NCBI GenBank assembly: GCA_012862495.1
Contig: BLSG01000091.1
Location: forward strand, 21,675-78,155
Source: Thraustochytrium aureum
Lineage: Eukaryota
Length of the DNA stretch: 56,481 nt
Direction of reading: 5' to 3'
Shown: positions 36,930 to 51,231 of the stretch, in pieces
Numbering within the stretch: the first letter of the stretch is position 1
Layout of the letters: each line of letters starts with the position of its first letter
The notes under the pieces: generated by a model
Told to the model about the DNA's origin: nothing
Database searches by the model: none
The model's input: only the letters and a program-made list of their open reading frames with translations
Made by a program: the position numbers and the translations under genes

Positions 36930-39900
36930 ATGGACGGCTTTGACGCAGCCAAACGGGCGATGCTCGAGGCGCTCCGTGGAGCCTTTGGCCACCAAGATGG
37001 GGCGCAAAAGGGGAGCGCTGGCGCGATAGAGTACTCGGACAAGTCCCCCAAAGGGTCGCTGGATGCACCCATCCTTCAGCTCGTGCAGGACATCAACGCC
37101 TTGGAGGACTTTGTGACGACCAGCAGCTGCAGCGGCCGCGTTTCTCTCTTCCAAAGTGATGAAGACCCGAGCGCCGATCAAGCCAGTGAGAGTGCGCCTG
37201 ATGGGGCCGGGGAAGACCTTGCCGTTCGAGGAGCCGCCGCGGCCCCGCGCAAGGGCCACGGGCACTGGGTCGCCGTCAACCACGACAAAGCCTGGGACGC
37301 CGTCGAGCTCGCCGAGCTGCTGCGCAGCGCAGCGACGGCCCGTGACTTGGTACTCAAAATGGAGCCTTTGTACTGCACGTGCTCTGTCGCGACGCGGCGT
37401 CTGCTCAACGCATGCTTGGCGCCGCCAGAGCAGCGGGCTTTCGAGAGTCGGGCATTTCTGTCGGATCCAAGAAGGTCATTCTCGGAGTGCGCACCATCTC
37501 GAACGCGCTCGAGGTGCCATTGATTGCCGGTGGTGAGCGGGTCGTTTCGGACTCTGGGCTTGGCCCGCTCTGCCGAGTCGCGGCCGCCAAGTTTGCAGCG
37601 AACGAGGCGAGGCGAGCGGCCTTTCACAGCGCCATTCGCGAGCTTGCCTCGTCGCCACCACACCAGCGCGTCGCAGGTGGGGGGGCATGCGCGTCGGTGG
37701 ACAAGGCGCCAGGAATCCATTGGGCCCCTCTGAGTCTCTCGCCCTCGGGGGAAAGTTTCGATGCGCTGGGTCGCTGGAGCCATTGCGCCGTCCCTCTGAG
37801 CGAAGATCGTGCGTTGGTTTTCGGAGGGTTTGGGGTTGGTCACGGCTGCCACGGGCGGCTCGCCGACGTCCTCGTCCTCCAGCGCGCCGGACCTGCTAGG
37901 GCAGGAAACGGGTCAACGTGGAGTCTGCGGCGAGTGGAGACGTCGGGCCCACCGCCGAGTGCTCGCGTTCGCCACGCGGCAGCTCTGGCACGAGACGGGG
38001 TTATCCTGGTCCTTGGTGGTCGTCACGGCCCTCAGACGCCGCTTGGCGATCTGCACGCACTGGACACGACCAGTATGGAGTGGCTTGAAGTCAGCGGGTC
38101 GGCGGACGCCGTCTCCCCGCGCTGGGGTCACACAGCCACCTGGACCCCAAAAGGAGTCGTCGTCTTTGGCGGCCGCACCGGGCGCGAGCTCCTGGGCGAC
38201 GCCTATTTGCTGTCCACCAAGCCTGCCGCTGGCGGTGTTGCTGTTGCCTGTGATGGGGCGATGGTCACAACAGGTGCTGCGCCCCCGCCGCGATTTGCGC
38301 ACGCAGCAGCGCTCGTCGGCGACCGCCTGGTTATTCACGGCGGGTATGCGGACCTTTTGGTTGGAGAGGCGCCCGGGCTCGGCGGCACCGTTCTCGGAGA
38401 CGTGCACGTCTTAGACCTTGCCACGAACGCCTGGGCCAACATTTCGCCAGGTCCCGCCGGGCCGCGCGGGCGCTTCTCTCACCAAGTCGTGGCCATCGAC
38501 GCACACCGAATCCTCGTCCTCGGGGGCTCGGCCAGCGCCCCGGCCACGACGCCACGGAAATTNNNNNNNNNNNNNNNNNNNNNNNNNNNNNNNNNNNNNN
38601 NNNNNNNNNNNNNNNNNNNNNNNNNNNNNNNNNGGCCACGACGCCACGGAAATTCTCCACCTCGACGCCGGCGCGTCTTGTTCTAGTGTGATAATCCCGT
38701 CCACGGATGCGTACGGCGCGGTGGATCCGCCGCCGTGTATGCTGCAAAAGTTTTCGCTCCTCCGAATGGGAAGCGAGCTGGTCGCGCTTGGAGGTGGCTC
38801 GCTCTGCTTTTCGTTTGGCGTGTACTTTAGCCCCGCCGTCAGCGCCGACCTCAGCTGGGTTCTCGAGCAGAGCTTTGTGCCGAACGCTGTTGTGGCGCCC
38901 AAGCCCCTGGCCAAGCAGGTCAAGCTGGCCCTAGAACGCGCTGGCTGCTACGACAAGTCCCGCCGGATGGCGCCCGCCGGCGCTGGTGACACTGGCGAAT
39001 GCCAAGATCTTATAGCTCTCCCGGTTCTCCCGGGCAGCCAGTGGGGAGAAGCAGCCGTGGCGGCTGCGACCGCTATTGCACCGACTGCAGCTCTCATTTG
39101 GGTCGAGCTGCCAGGGGCCAAAGGCCGTGGGCAGCCCCGCAGAGGTGCGGCTCCAGAGAGGTTGCAGCAACAGCAGCCGCCGACCGTTGCTGCGAATCCG
39201 GCTGTCGTTGCGACACAGGCCGCCGCTCCTGCCCCTCCTTCCCCGCCAAATCCCGCGGCTCGCACAAAGACCCCCACTCGGCTGGGACCGTGCGTGCTCG
39301 TGTCGATCCGGGAGTGCAAGCAGGTCAAAACAGCGATAGAGTCCGCCGGGCTACTCGACAAGTCGCGCCGCATTGGGCCCGCCCCTGGCAGCGAGATGAA
39401 AGCCGTGCCTGTTGTCGAAAGCGCGACGGTGCAACTGTTGCAGGCCGCGTTAGGGAGCGACCTGGGCCAGCGGGAGGAACTGTCGATCAAACAGCTCGAG
39501 CTCCCACTCGCAAAGTCACAGCTACCAGACAACCGACCCGCTGGCCAGGCGCGCCCCAAGTTCGAGGGCCGTGGCCCCACCAAGCTGCGCACACAGATAG
39601 TCGAGTGGCTCCGTCGCGTGGCGCCGACTGAGCTCCTGCAGGACGAGGCGCGAGTGAAAAAAGAGATCCCCAAGAAATTCGAGCTCCTCGGCGACGTGGC
39701 TATCGTGCCGCGCGAGTACTTCAAGACGGTGGAGCTTTGGGACCCGATTTTCCGCCTCGGCCAGCACGAGCCCGACCGGTGTCTCTGGGCCCTTATCGCC
39801 CGGCTCGTTGGTGCCAAACGCGTTTTGCAACAGCACAAGATCGACCCCGGGGTGAAGCGCGCGAGCAGGGCCAGATTGGTCTTCCCGCGTGCGAGCGCTC

Positions 39901-41738
39901 CTGGGGAGGCAACTGTGACCGTCAAGCAGAATGGCGTCCTGTATTCGTTCGACCTTGAGCGCTGCATGTTTTCGTCAGGCAACATTTCCGAGAAGCAGCG
40001 CGTGGCTCAGTTTCCGTGCAAGGGCGAGGTCGTCGTCGACCTGTTCGCGGGCATCGGGTACTTTACACTCCCGTACCTCGTCAAAGCTGGCGCGGCGCAC
40101 GTGCATGCATGCGAATGGAACGCCGACGCGCTCAAGGCTCTTCGAGGCAACCTTTCGCTTAACAAAGTAGACCCGCACCGCTTTGAGGTCCACCCCGGCG
40201 ACTGCCGCGAAACCGCCTTTGGCAAACTCCGCGGGGTTGCCCAGCGCGTGAACCTTGGCCTCATACCAAGCAGCGAGCCATTCTGGCGAGCTGGCGCAGC
40301 GGTGCTCAGCGCGGCGACTGGGGGCTGGCTCCACGTGCACGAGAACGTGGAGCGCGCAAACCAAAAGGTGTGGACAAGCCGTGTTGTAGAGGACGTGCGC
40401 CGTTTGTGCGAGGAGGAGCATGGGAGCCTAGGGTGGACAGTTGCCTGTAGGCACTTGGAGCGGGTCAAGAGCTACAGCCCGCGTGTCGACCATGTCGTGG
40501 CCGACCTGGAGTGCCGCCCGCCGGGGCACAGTGGCGACAATGAACGTGTTTCTGCCCCGTCAATCCTTGGCGAGGCCCCATCCCCGGCACCGCGGATGCG
40601 GTACGTAGAGCGCGTTCGGTACCCTCCTCGGCAGCCAGTGTCCCGCCCGGTCGTGGAGCGCCGACCAATGCCGGCAACTCGCGCCGAAGCAGCTGAGATG
40701 TTCAGGGCGGGCAAGCCAGTCGTCCTCGAAGGCGCAGTTCCAGACTCGGAGACGCTCGAGGCCTGGTCCTTCGAGAGCTTGTCGGCGCTGTGCGAGTCCA
40801 AGCCCGACCTTGGGGAAAGAAGGTGAGCGTTCACGTTGCCAAGCAGGAGACCGGTGGGCGCATCAGTTTCTTGGACAAGAGCTTCGCCTTTGAGGTAATG
40901 CCATTCCGCGAGCTTCTTGCACGTGCGAGGGACCCAAACGTGTTTTGCTACCTCCGTGCTATAGGTCCGAACCCGCGCAAAGACCGCGCCCATTTCTGGC
41001 GAGACTTTGCTGCGGTGGCCGAGCACGGCGCACTTGCCTTCCCTGACGCGCTCGTCAGCAAGTCCGACGAGTACTTTTCCAGTGTGCTCCGCATCGCCTC
41101 GGCTGGGCTCCAGCTCTGGACTCACTACGACGCATGCACAACATTCTGTACCAGATGCACGGTCGAAAGCGGGTCGTGCTGTTTCCGCCGCAGGCCGCGC
41201 ACGCGCTGGACTTTCACGGGTCGACGTCTAGCATCGTCGACATCGACGACATGAGTGGTATCGACGAAAACNNNNNNNNNNNNNNNNNNNNNNNNNNNNN
41301 NNNNNNNNNNNNNNNNNNNNNNNNNNNNNNNNNNNNNNNNNNNNNNNNNNNNNNNNNNNNNNNNNNNNNNNNNNNNNNNNNNNNNNNNNNNNNNNNNNNN
41401 NNNNNNNNNNNNNNNNNNNNNNNNNNNNNNNNNNNNNNNNNNNNNNNNNNNNNNNNNNNNNNNNNNNNNNNNNNNNNNTCCCGGCTCTCTGGCCTCACAA
41501 CGCGCGCGCCACAGAGCCGAGCGTGGCTGTCAACGTGTTTTGGAAGAACTTGAGTTCATCCCACTATGGGGCCAAGGACCTCTACGGCAACCGCGACCCG
41601 CTCTTGGCAGAGCGCGCGTTGGAGCATGTCGCGCGCGCCAAGGACCTGCTGCATGCAGCGCAGGACGACGGCTCAACCTTGCCAGCGGACTATGTTGAAT
41701 TTTATTCGCAGCTTGGGGCAACCATGCTGCAGCAGTAA
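36930..41738 (+). CDS. Wybutosine-synthesis multienzyme: TYW3 + Kelch propeller + TYW2 + TYW5 (JmjC)
   Basis: TYW3 DKSPKGSLD...TTSSCSGRVS, EPFVLHV, GFRESG; Kelch repeats (VFGG, VLGGR, PRWGHTA, PRFAHAA, GRFSH); TYW2 MFSSGNISEK, VVDLFAGIGYF, RVNLGLIPSSE, RVKSYSP; TYW5 LQLWTHYD, W.HN, AVNVFW, KDLYGNRDP. Indels at ~37368, ~38540, ~40813 and ~41132; gaps 38563-38633 and 41272-41478. Confidence 0.88.
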
Positions 41739-41985
41739 TGCTGTTGCCCTGTTTTGCGCGAGTCTTTGGTGTGCTCTTTCGCTACCTGCGCTGAAAGAGA
41801 CGGAAGGCTCGATCTGCTACGTGTGGTTGTGTGTCGCTCTAGCGAGCTAGAGGCCTCGGCGCGACTTGCCCAAGTCGGACGATCTTGATCAAGAAAAAGC
41901 TGTTGCTCTCAAGAGCTAGCTAGCTAGGTACGACCTTGATCTTTGGAAAGCGCTGCCGCTGTTTCATCAACCGAAACCGTCCCAG

Positions 41986-44131
<2,146 letters not shown>

Positions 44132-44907
44132 NNNNNNNNNNNNNNNNNNNNNNNNNNNNNNNNNNNNNNNNNNNNNNNNNNNNNNNNNNNNNNNNNNNNN
44201 NNNNNNNNNNNNNNNNNNNNNNNNNNNNNNNNNNNNNNNNNNNNNNNNNNNNNNNNNNNNNNNNNNNNNNNNNNNNNNNNNNNNNNNNNNNNNNNNNNNN
44301 NNNNNNNNNNNNNNNNNNNNNNNNNNNNNNNNNNNNNNNNNNNNNNNNNNNNNNNNNNNNNNNNNNNNNNNNNNNNNNNNNNNNNNNNNNNNNNNNNNNN
44401 NNNNNNNNNNNNNNNNNNNNNNNNNNNNNNNNNNNNNNNNNNNNNNNNNNNNNNNNNNNNNNNNNNNNNNNNNNNNNNNNNNNNNNNNNNNNNNNNNNNN
44501 NNNNNNNNNNNNNNNNNNNNNNNNNNNNNNNNNNNNNNNNNNNNNNNNNNNNNNNNNNNNNNNNNNNNNNNNNNNNNNNNNNNNNNNNNNNNNNNNNNNN
44601 NNNNNNNNNNNNNNNNNNNNNNNNNNNNNNNNNNNNNNNNNNNNNNNNNNNNNNNNNNNNNNNNNNNNNNNNNNNNNNNNNNNNNNNNNNNNNNNNNNNN
44701 NNNNNNNNNNNNNNNNNNNNNNNNNNNNNNNNNNNNNNNNNNNNNNNNNNNNNNNNNNNNNNNNNNNNNNNNNNNNNNNNNNNNNNNNNNNNNNNNNNNN
44801 NNNNNNNNNNNNNNNNNNNNNNNNNNNNNNNNNNNNNNNNNNNNNNNNNNNNNNNNNNNNNNNNNNNNNNNNNNNNNNNNNNNNNNNNNNNNNNNNNNNN
44901 NNNNNNN

Positions 44908-47839
44908 ATGGCGAGAAAGTAGACCAGGGACCATCAACCCGGCCGAGTGCGCTTGGGGATCACCCAGGTGTTAAACAGCAGGAGCTCGGCGCTGATCGCA
45001 AGATGTTGACGTTGAACGGCACCATGAGCGACATGGTCGGTGTGTAAAGGAGAAAGTCCTTCTCGAGCGTGATGTTGGGCTGCATGTAGTACAAGAGGTG
45101 CTGAAAGCGCGTGTCGCCCGTGGAAATAAAGGCCGACTCGGTAGCGTTGTTGCGGCAGATCGCGTCGAGGGCGAGCGGGATCGCAGAAATGTTGGGATCC
45201 TGCTTGACCTCGATGTTGATGATCATGTCGTCCGACAGGGCGCCCTGGATGATCTCGTCCATGTCGTACGGGTACTCTGCAATGATCTCGTCGGTCCCCT
45301 CGCGCTTGAGGCGCAAGTCCCGCTGGAGCTCTGCCAGAGTAAAGTCGAAAACATTGCCGGTCCCGTTCGTGGTTCGCTCGAGCGTTGTGTCGTGCATCAC
45401 CACGAGCTGCTGGTCCTTGGTCATTCGCATGTCCACCTCGACGCAGTGGTAGCTGTGATTCTTCGCAAAGGCAAAGGCTTCGAAAGAGTTCTCCGCATAC
45501 CCGCTGGTCCAGACGCCGCGGTGCCCGCACACGAGAATTTGCGGTTCGTAGTAGGGCAAAGGCTTCGCGGCAAAGTACCACATTTGCGTGAAAATGAACG
45601 CGGCGAAGGCCACAAACAGCTGCACAAATAAGATCCCGCAGCTCATCTTGCATCCCACATTTTTTTTCTGCTCCGTGGCTCCAGCCGTGGTGGTTGCTGC
45701 ATTTTCGGCAGAGAGGGCCTTGTTCATGATGCGCGTTTCGATTGCGAGTCGCACCAGTCGCGCGATCGAGAACAAGAACAGAAGGATTGCGAGCGCGTTC
45801 CAGATAATCGCGATGAGGATCCAGATTTTGAAAAACCCGTTCACAGCGTTGCCCAAGTCGTCGAAGAGCTTGAGACGTTTGCCAACATTGATGATCGTGA
45901 TCGTGTTGCTTTCGAGGCTCTTGATCGTCTTGCCAGTGGCCCGCGCAGCGCTTTCTTCGGCCTCTGCGCCGTGCGCGCCATCGAGCGCGATCTGGTCAAA
46001 GTCCGTCGTCGTCGTGTCGGAGTGGCCTTGGGCGGTCATTTCGATTTCTGTGGCCTGTTTGGCCCCGGTGCCGCCCTCGCTGGGCTTGCCCGCGGCGGCG
46101 GCACTGGCACCGTTGGCGGGAGAGGATGGGGCTGGGCTCGCAGTGGCCTTTTCCATGGCGTCTGCGTCGTTGGAGCCACTAGCCAACGCGGGGTTGAGCT
46201 TGCCCGCCTCGAAGGCCTTCACCACTTTCCCCTCGTAGATGGCGACAACAGCTAACTTGAGCACGTACGCTACGGCTCCAGAGACGAGGATGAGCTTGTC
46301 GAAAGCTGGCACGGTCGATAGGCCGGCCTTGAGGCCGTCAGGGTTGACAAGCCAGTACACGAGAACGAGGAGGAAGATGACGACCAGGTAGAGCCAGACC
46401 GCGAGGGCGAAGATGCGGAACGGGATCATCATATGGTTGCGGTTGTCGAAGAGCATAAGGAACAGCTTGTTGTCGTCGAAGGTGGCGACCGCGAGCAGAT
46501 AGCCGCTAAAGTAGAAGATGCGCCCCAACATGCCCGCGTCGCTCTTGTACATCGAGTCCATCACGAGGATGCTGACAGCGAGCAGCGCCTCCGACAAACT
46601 CGTCAACAAGCTGGCGATCGCGTAGTGCAGGTCGCGGTGCGGGTGGTCGAACGCGCCGTGCCCGGCCCGATCGTTGGGCTTGCACACGTAGTCGACTGGT
46701 TTGAAGTAGACGACCGTGTCCGAGTAAATGTGCGTTGTGAGCGCCAGGCACATCAAGTAGAGGAGCAAAAAGTTGACCAAGTCGGCGTTAGCGGCCTCTG
46801 CCGGGTCGCCACCGTGGTACAAGTCATCTTCAGCTGAGATGTACGGGCACCAGCCGTTGATCATGCGCAAGATGAGGGACTCGCTGATCACCATCGCCAG
46901 AATGACGCTCAAGACAACCGCCGATCCGGCCTGGTGTCTGAACGGCTGGTTGCGCCCGGAGGTGTATTGCGGCGGGTCCGCCTCGGCCTCGAGCGCCAAA
47001 CCGGTATCTGCGGCGCGCAGCTTGCGCGCCCGGTGCAAGTGTAGAGAGGTGCCCCAGTACCGGTGGAAAACCACGCACATCATGCCGTCGACCAGCGCGA
47101 CGAGGTAGAGGATGTTGAAGATCAGGTTGCAGATGATGAACGCTTGGTGGGTCGCTGTATCGTTCTCGCGCTGGCGGACGCTGCACGCGAGGACGAGCGC
47201 GGACACCACGAAGCTCACTGCAGCAACCGCAAACACTGCCTCTAACAGGAGAACAGTGCAGTAGCCGACCTTTCGAACGGCCTTGTGTTCGGCTGTGAGG
47301 CCCAGGAGGTAGAAGGTGCGCCTGAATGCTCCAGGGTTTGGCGCTGCCGCCTCGCCGCCGTACTCTTGCGCGTGCAGCTTGAACTGAAGGATCCACCACG
47401 CGTTCAGAATGCTGGTCACGGTCGCAAGGGTGCACATGGAGAAGATGGAGTACATGGCCACGTTGAAGGGCCGGGACGTCGACGGCGGCGCGAACGCAAA
47501 CATGAAGCGCGACAGGACCATGACGACAAACATGCCGTAGACGCCAAACCCTCCCAGCGTGCGGCCCCACAGTTTTTCCGCAAAGTAGACCCTACCGAGC
47601 GTGAGCGGTTCGGTGCCCGCCCCTTTGCGCTCTTTGCGTTCGAGCACCAACGCCCAGGTAAACAGGCCAGCCAGCAGCGCGGCGGACCACAGCCAGGGGT
47701 CCTGGCCGCCTCCAAAGTTGGACAGGAGGTAAACGAACCCCATCGCGCAGCTCGAGGGGTCGTGCACGTCGTACAGGAAGCACTTGCACTTGCTCGTCAT
47801 CGCCACCGCATCCATCGCAAGGTAGTCCACATCGCACAT
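44908..47839 (-). CDS. Polytopic membrane protein with a C-terminal glycerophosphodiester phosphodiesterase (GDPD) domain; 3' end runs into gap
   Basis: GDPD motifs CGHRG, ENSFEAF, VEVDMRMTKD..LVVMHD.TLERTTNG, INIEVK, preceded by many hydrophobic helices. First in-frame ATG at 47839. Frameshifts near the contig end at ~45000-44930. Confidence 0.85.
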
Positions 47840-49249
47840 CGTCCTCCTCCTGCTCGCCAGCGCCGCCCACCTGCCCTTGCCCTGTGCCCAGTCGCGTTGT
47901 GGGTCTGCCACATCCAGGACGCGCGGCTTCAAAAAAACATCAAAAAAGCTGCAACCAACTGCCTCTTCAAGTTGATCAAGATCAATCAAAATCAACCAAT
48001 CAGAAGTCGGTCAAGTTGAGCATCCTCAGAAGCGCTCAGGTGCCATCTCGCTCAAGGCCGTCAAGACTGGCCGCCAGCCTCGCTCTCTGGTTGCACCACA
48101 CCACCGCCACGTCCACCACGCACCACATGATCATCTCCAGCTCATCCGCGTGGCCCAGCCAGTGGAGGAGGCCCGTGCCAGTTTGGACCAGGTGGCCGCC
48201 GCACTGTGGCCTCGCGAGGGCGACAGGGCCACAGAGTGTCCTTGGCCGTGCACAGTTCAGGAGACCATAGGCCGCCCGCCCTGCTCATGGCCTGCGCCTA
48301 CTCACTTACTCACGGGCCGGCGAGCGCCCGCCATCTCTGCTCGCAGCTCAACGTCAACGACATCCGTGCAGCAACGCTCGACGCCTCGACGTGCGCCGCG
48401 GAGGAGGCGGTGAAGAGCGAGTTGTTGGGTGGTCGCGGGCGAGCAAGCCGCGAGAAGGCACCTGGATGCGCAAGACAACTGATGGATGCTGGTGATGGTG
48501 CTCCTCCACACACTGGCGAGTGCGCGAGTGCAGGTGCGCTGCGCGACGTGCCCGCAGGCTGCTGCCCCCGCGAGAGGCAGGCAGGCGCGCGGGCGGGCGT
48601 GCCGAGCCGAATGTTTGATCGTTTGATTGCTTTGCTTGCTTGCTTGCTTGCTTGCACTGGGTTGGCCGCGCAGGACAGGGCGGCGGGGGCTGGCTAGCCT
48701 GCTGGCTCCCAGAGCAGCGCGCGAGATTCAGCCCGCCGCGCTGCCGGCGCCGGCCGCAGCGCGCCTCCCTCTACTTCTTCCCGCCCTTCTTNNNNNNNNN
48801 NNNNNNNNNNNNNNNNNNNNNNNNNNNNNNNNNNNNNNNNNNNNNNNNNNNNNNNNNNNNNNNNNNNNNNNNNNNNNNNNNNNNNNNNNNNNNNNNNNNN
48901 NNNNNNNNNNNNNNNNNNNNNNNNNNNNNNNNNNNNNNNNNNNNNNNNNNNNNNNNNNNNNNNNNNNNNNNNNNNNNNNNNNNNNNNNNNNNNNNNNNNN
49001 NNNNNNNNNNNNNNNNNNNNNNNNNNNNNNNNNNNNNNNNNNNNNNNNNNNNNNNNNNNNNNNNNNNNNNNNNNNNNNNNNNNNNNNNNNNNNNNNNNNN
49101 NNNNNNNNNNNNNNNNNNNNNNNNNNNNNNNNNNNNNNNNNNNNNNNNNNNNNNNNNNNNNNNNNNNNNNNNNNNNNNNNNNNNNNNNNNNNNNNNNNNN
49201 NNNNNNNNNNNNNNNNNNNNNNNNNNNNNNNNNNNNNNNNNNNNNNNNN

Positions 49250-50707
49250 CCTGGCGGCGCGAAGCAGGTCCACACGAGGCGGTCTAGGTACGGCAGTAAA
49301 GCGCGCCTCCAGCTCGGCAAGCTCGGCACCAAGCACTCGCTGGACGAGCTCGGCGCCAAGGCCTCAGAGCGTCTCGGGCACTCGAGCGTCTCGGGGACAA
49401 GGCGGCGCATCAGCTCGCTCAAGATGCGCCACAGCGCTGGGTCAGGCGGCGACAGCGACGAGGACGACATGGCGGGAGAACGCCCTCGCAACGCGTTTGC
49501 CGGCCTGGTGTCGAGCGACGAGGACGACGAGGACGACGAGGACGCAGAGAGCAGCGGCCAGGAACGCAGGAGCACTACTGGTGCAGGCGCCACGGCGAGC
49601 AAGGTTCACGGATCTGTCGCGCACAGCGCCTTGCAGCCTGGCGCTGTGTCCGCGCAAGGCCAGCTAGCCGTGCAGAGTGAAAGCGAGGCCGCCGCCGCCG
49701 ACGAGGAGGAGGATGACAATGACAATGACAACGACAATGACGACAATGACAATGACAGTGACGACAATGACGGGGACATCGATGCCGAGGATGTCGACGT
49801 TGCCGAAGAAGAGCCACGCGTCGAGTCTTTTGACGCGCTCGTGGGCTTGGTGACTCGAAGCGGCGCTGCTGTTCCCGGCGAGGTCGTGGCCGTGCTGCGC
49901 GACCTGATCGGTGCGGACACGAGACCGACAGACATCCAGGCGCTTTTGTGGGGCGCCATGCTCAACCCTGGCACGCGTGACCGCGACATGATCGCAATCT
50001 CCAAGACAGGTTCTGGCAAGACTCTTGCATTTCTCGTTCCGGTTCTCGTCGAGCTGAGCGGCGAAGCAGACCCCGAGCCAGACCATCCAGGGGAGGGAGA
50101 AAGCCTCGATCTTGTTGCCCCTCTCGCGCTCGTCCTTGCGCCAACGCGTGAGCTCGCGCGTCAAAACTATGATGTGGCGCAGCAGCTGGTGGCGCGATGC
50201 AGCTGCCTCAGCTTTGCTGTCGAGTCTGTTCTTGGCGGCGAGGCGTTTGGGGCGCAGCAAGCGCGCCTGCGCGAGACGCGTCCGCGCCTAATTGTGGCTA
50301 CGCCGGGCCGACTCGTGTCGCTCTGCGGCGCGCCGCCTCAAAGCACTTTGGCAAGGGCTACAGAGGGTGCGATGGGGGCAAGCTCGACAGCCACAAGCAA
50401 GGCTGCTGGCGTTGCCGCAGCAGCGGCAGCTGCGGCAGCTGCGAGCAAAGACGCCGTTTTCCGCCTTGACCGGGTCAAGGCACTGGTGCTGGACGAGGCT
50501 GACCGCATGCTCGACCTCGGGTTTGCGGAAGACCTTGGCACTCTCGCCAGGCATGTCGCCGGCGCTCCGCGGCCCCCGCGCCTTGTGCTCACAAGCGCAA
50601 CGTGGCCCAAAACTGTCCAGGATCAGCTTGGCGTTTTCCTCAACAAGCGCCGAGAGGAGCCCGTGTTCCTGTCCACTGGGGGGGCTGGCAAAACCATCCC
50701 CACAACG
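49250..50707 (+). CDS. DEAD-box RNA helicase (Dbp3/DDX5-like N-terminal RecA domain) with an acidic N-terminal region; both ends in gaps
   Basis: PTDIQ, SKTGSGKTLAF, PTRELA, ATPGRL, LDEADRMLDLGF, SATWP; frame is open from the gap edge at 49250. Confidence 0.85.
49713..49772 (+). repeat. (GACAAT)n coding repeat giving an Asp-Asn tract
   Basis: DDNDNDNDNDDNDNDSDDND in the helicase N-terminus. Confidence 0.85.
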
Positions 50708-51147
50708 NNNNNNNNNNNNNNNNNNNNNNNNNNNNNNNNNNNNNNNNNNNNNNNNNNNNNNNNNNNNNNNNNNNNNNNNNNNNNNNNNNNNNNNNNNNNN
50801 NNNNNNNNNNNNNNNNNNNNNNNNNNNNNNNNNNNNNNNNNNNNNNNNNNNNNNNNNNNNNNNNNNNNNNNNNNNNNNNNNNNNNNNNNNNNNNNNNNNN
50901 NNNNNNNNNNNNNNNNNNNNNNNNNNNNNNNNNNNNNNNNNNNNNNNNNNNNNNNNNNNNNNNNNNNNNGAGTATCCAAGGGGTTTAGGGGTGCTTCGTT
51001 TTCGTTTTAAGAGCTCAGCGCGCGGCAGACGCTGCGTGCTGGCGAGGCCGCCAACAGTTCTTATTAGCTTCTTCACTTTTCTTGATTGAGCATGGCTGCG
51101 TTGCGAGTGTTGCCCAATCCCGTGGAGCCTTGTGAGTTGGTTGGTTG

Positions 51148-51213
51148 GCATGGGACAGCGAGAATACGCGCTCGGAGCTAGCATGGGACAGCGAGAATAC
51201 GCGCTCGGAGCTA
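51148..51213. repeat. Exact 33-bp tandem duplication
   Basis: GCATGGGACAGCGAGAATACGCGCTCGGAGCTA at 51148-51180 and 51181-51213. Confidence 0.95.
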
Positions 51214-51231
51214 GGCCGGCGCGCGGAATAG

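Noticed and set aside
38542..38654. 21-bp direct repeat (GGCCACGACGCCACGGAAATT) flanking a 71-N gap, resembling a target-site duplication
   Set aside because: Best explained as overlapping contig ends that were not merged; merging gives a continuous Kelch repeat.
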